From NCBI GenBank assembly GCA_973895155.1, contig OZ316891.1, positions 4,322,018-4,386,017 of the forward strand: DNA of 64,000 nt, given 5' to 3'. Numbering within the stretch: position 1 is the stretch's first letter; the number at the start of each line of letters is the position of its first letter. The DNA is from Marsupella aquatica (Eukaryota; Plantae; Marchantiophyta). Both the position numbers and the translations under genes were made by a program. Below the pieces are notes generated by a model, which saw only the letters and a list, made by a program, of their open reading frames with translations, searched no databases and was not told the DNA's origin. Of this stretch, positions 63,609-64,000 are shown piece after piece.

Positions 63609-64000
63609 CTTTCCACTCTCTGTGGCACACTCTTCCCAGTGAATGTCTTGTTCTGAATGCTCGTCATCCTCTTCTTCTTCTTCTTCTTCTTCTTCCTCTT
63701 CCTCTACCTCTTCCTCCACTTTGATAGCCCTCCTCTTTGCTGGTGAGTGACTGCCACTCGGAATAGAGTCCTCTCGCCCTCTCTTTGAAGCACAAGGAAA
63801 ATTTGGTTGTCGTGAAATGTGACTCGTCCTAGCCTCCCATCCCGGAATCTTAGTTGGAACATGAAATAGAACAGAAATTGGAGGTGACCCTGGTATTTCT
63901 GATGCAATTGCACTCAACGATTTGTCCTCCTCTGTAGCTGAGACCTCTACTTTTGATGTTGGTGCAGCATTTGGTGCCTCTCCTTCTAAAAGTCACATCT
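63609..64000 (-). other. Possible exon with an acidic poly-Glu tract, of a gene or element running off the window edge
   Basis: KRGRED..SPAKRR..EEEEEEEEEEEEDDE with a candidate donor AAG|GTTAG near 63609; no family recognised. Confidence 0.3.

Noticed and set aside
1-64000. tRNA, rRNA or prokaryotic operon-type systems
   Set aside because: None recognised; gene structure is eukaryotic throughout.

Overview
Eukaryotic land-plant nuclear DNA (spliceosomal GT-AG introns; a bryophyte/liverwort-type genome is plausible but is inference). It contains: (1) an intact 11-exon S8 subtilase gene (2143-10474, +). (2) A ~10-kb PIF/Harbinger-superfamily DNA transposon (12038-22007) with 12-bp TIRs, an atypical ATT target duplication, a DDE transposase, a convergent partner ORF and an intronless shugoshin-like cargo ORF; it is inserted in the middle of a small secreted Cys-rich gene, whose frame is restored exactly when the element is removed. 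(3) A divergent frameshifted paralog of that secreted gene. (4) An intronless, C-terminally truncated SIN3-like gene (-). (5) A decayed Pong-type element with a TTA TSD. (6) A TIR-bounded MITE-like element. (7) A diverged single-domain euAP2-derived gene with tandem TLxLFP-like motifs (-). (8) Tandem arrays upstream of the AP2 and YUCCA genes. (9) An intact YUCCA flavin monooxygenase (+). (10) A SNF2-helicase fragment. The most striking observations are the shugoshin-carrying transposon and the collinear ~2-kb 5' leader shared by the unrelated SIN3-like and YUCCA genes, with motifs also shared by the AP2 upstream array. All calls were made by eye; no database searches were run.
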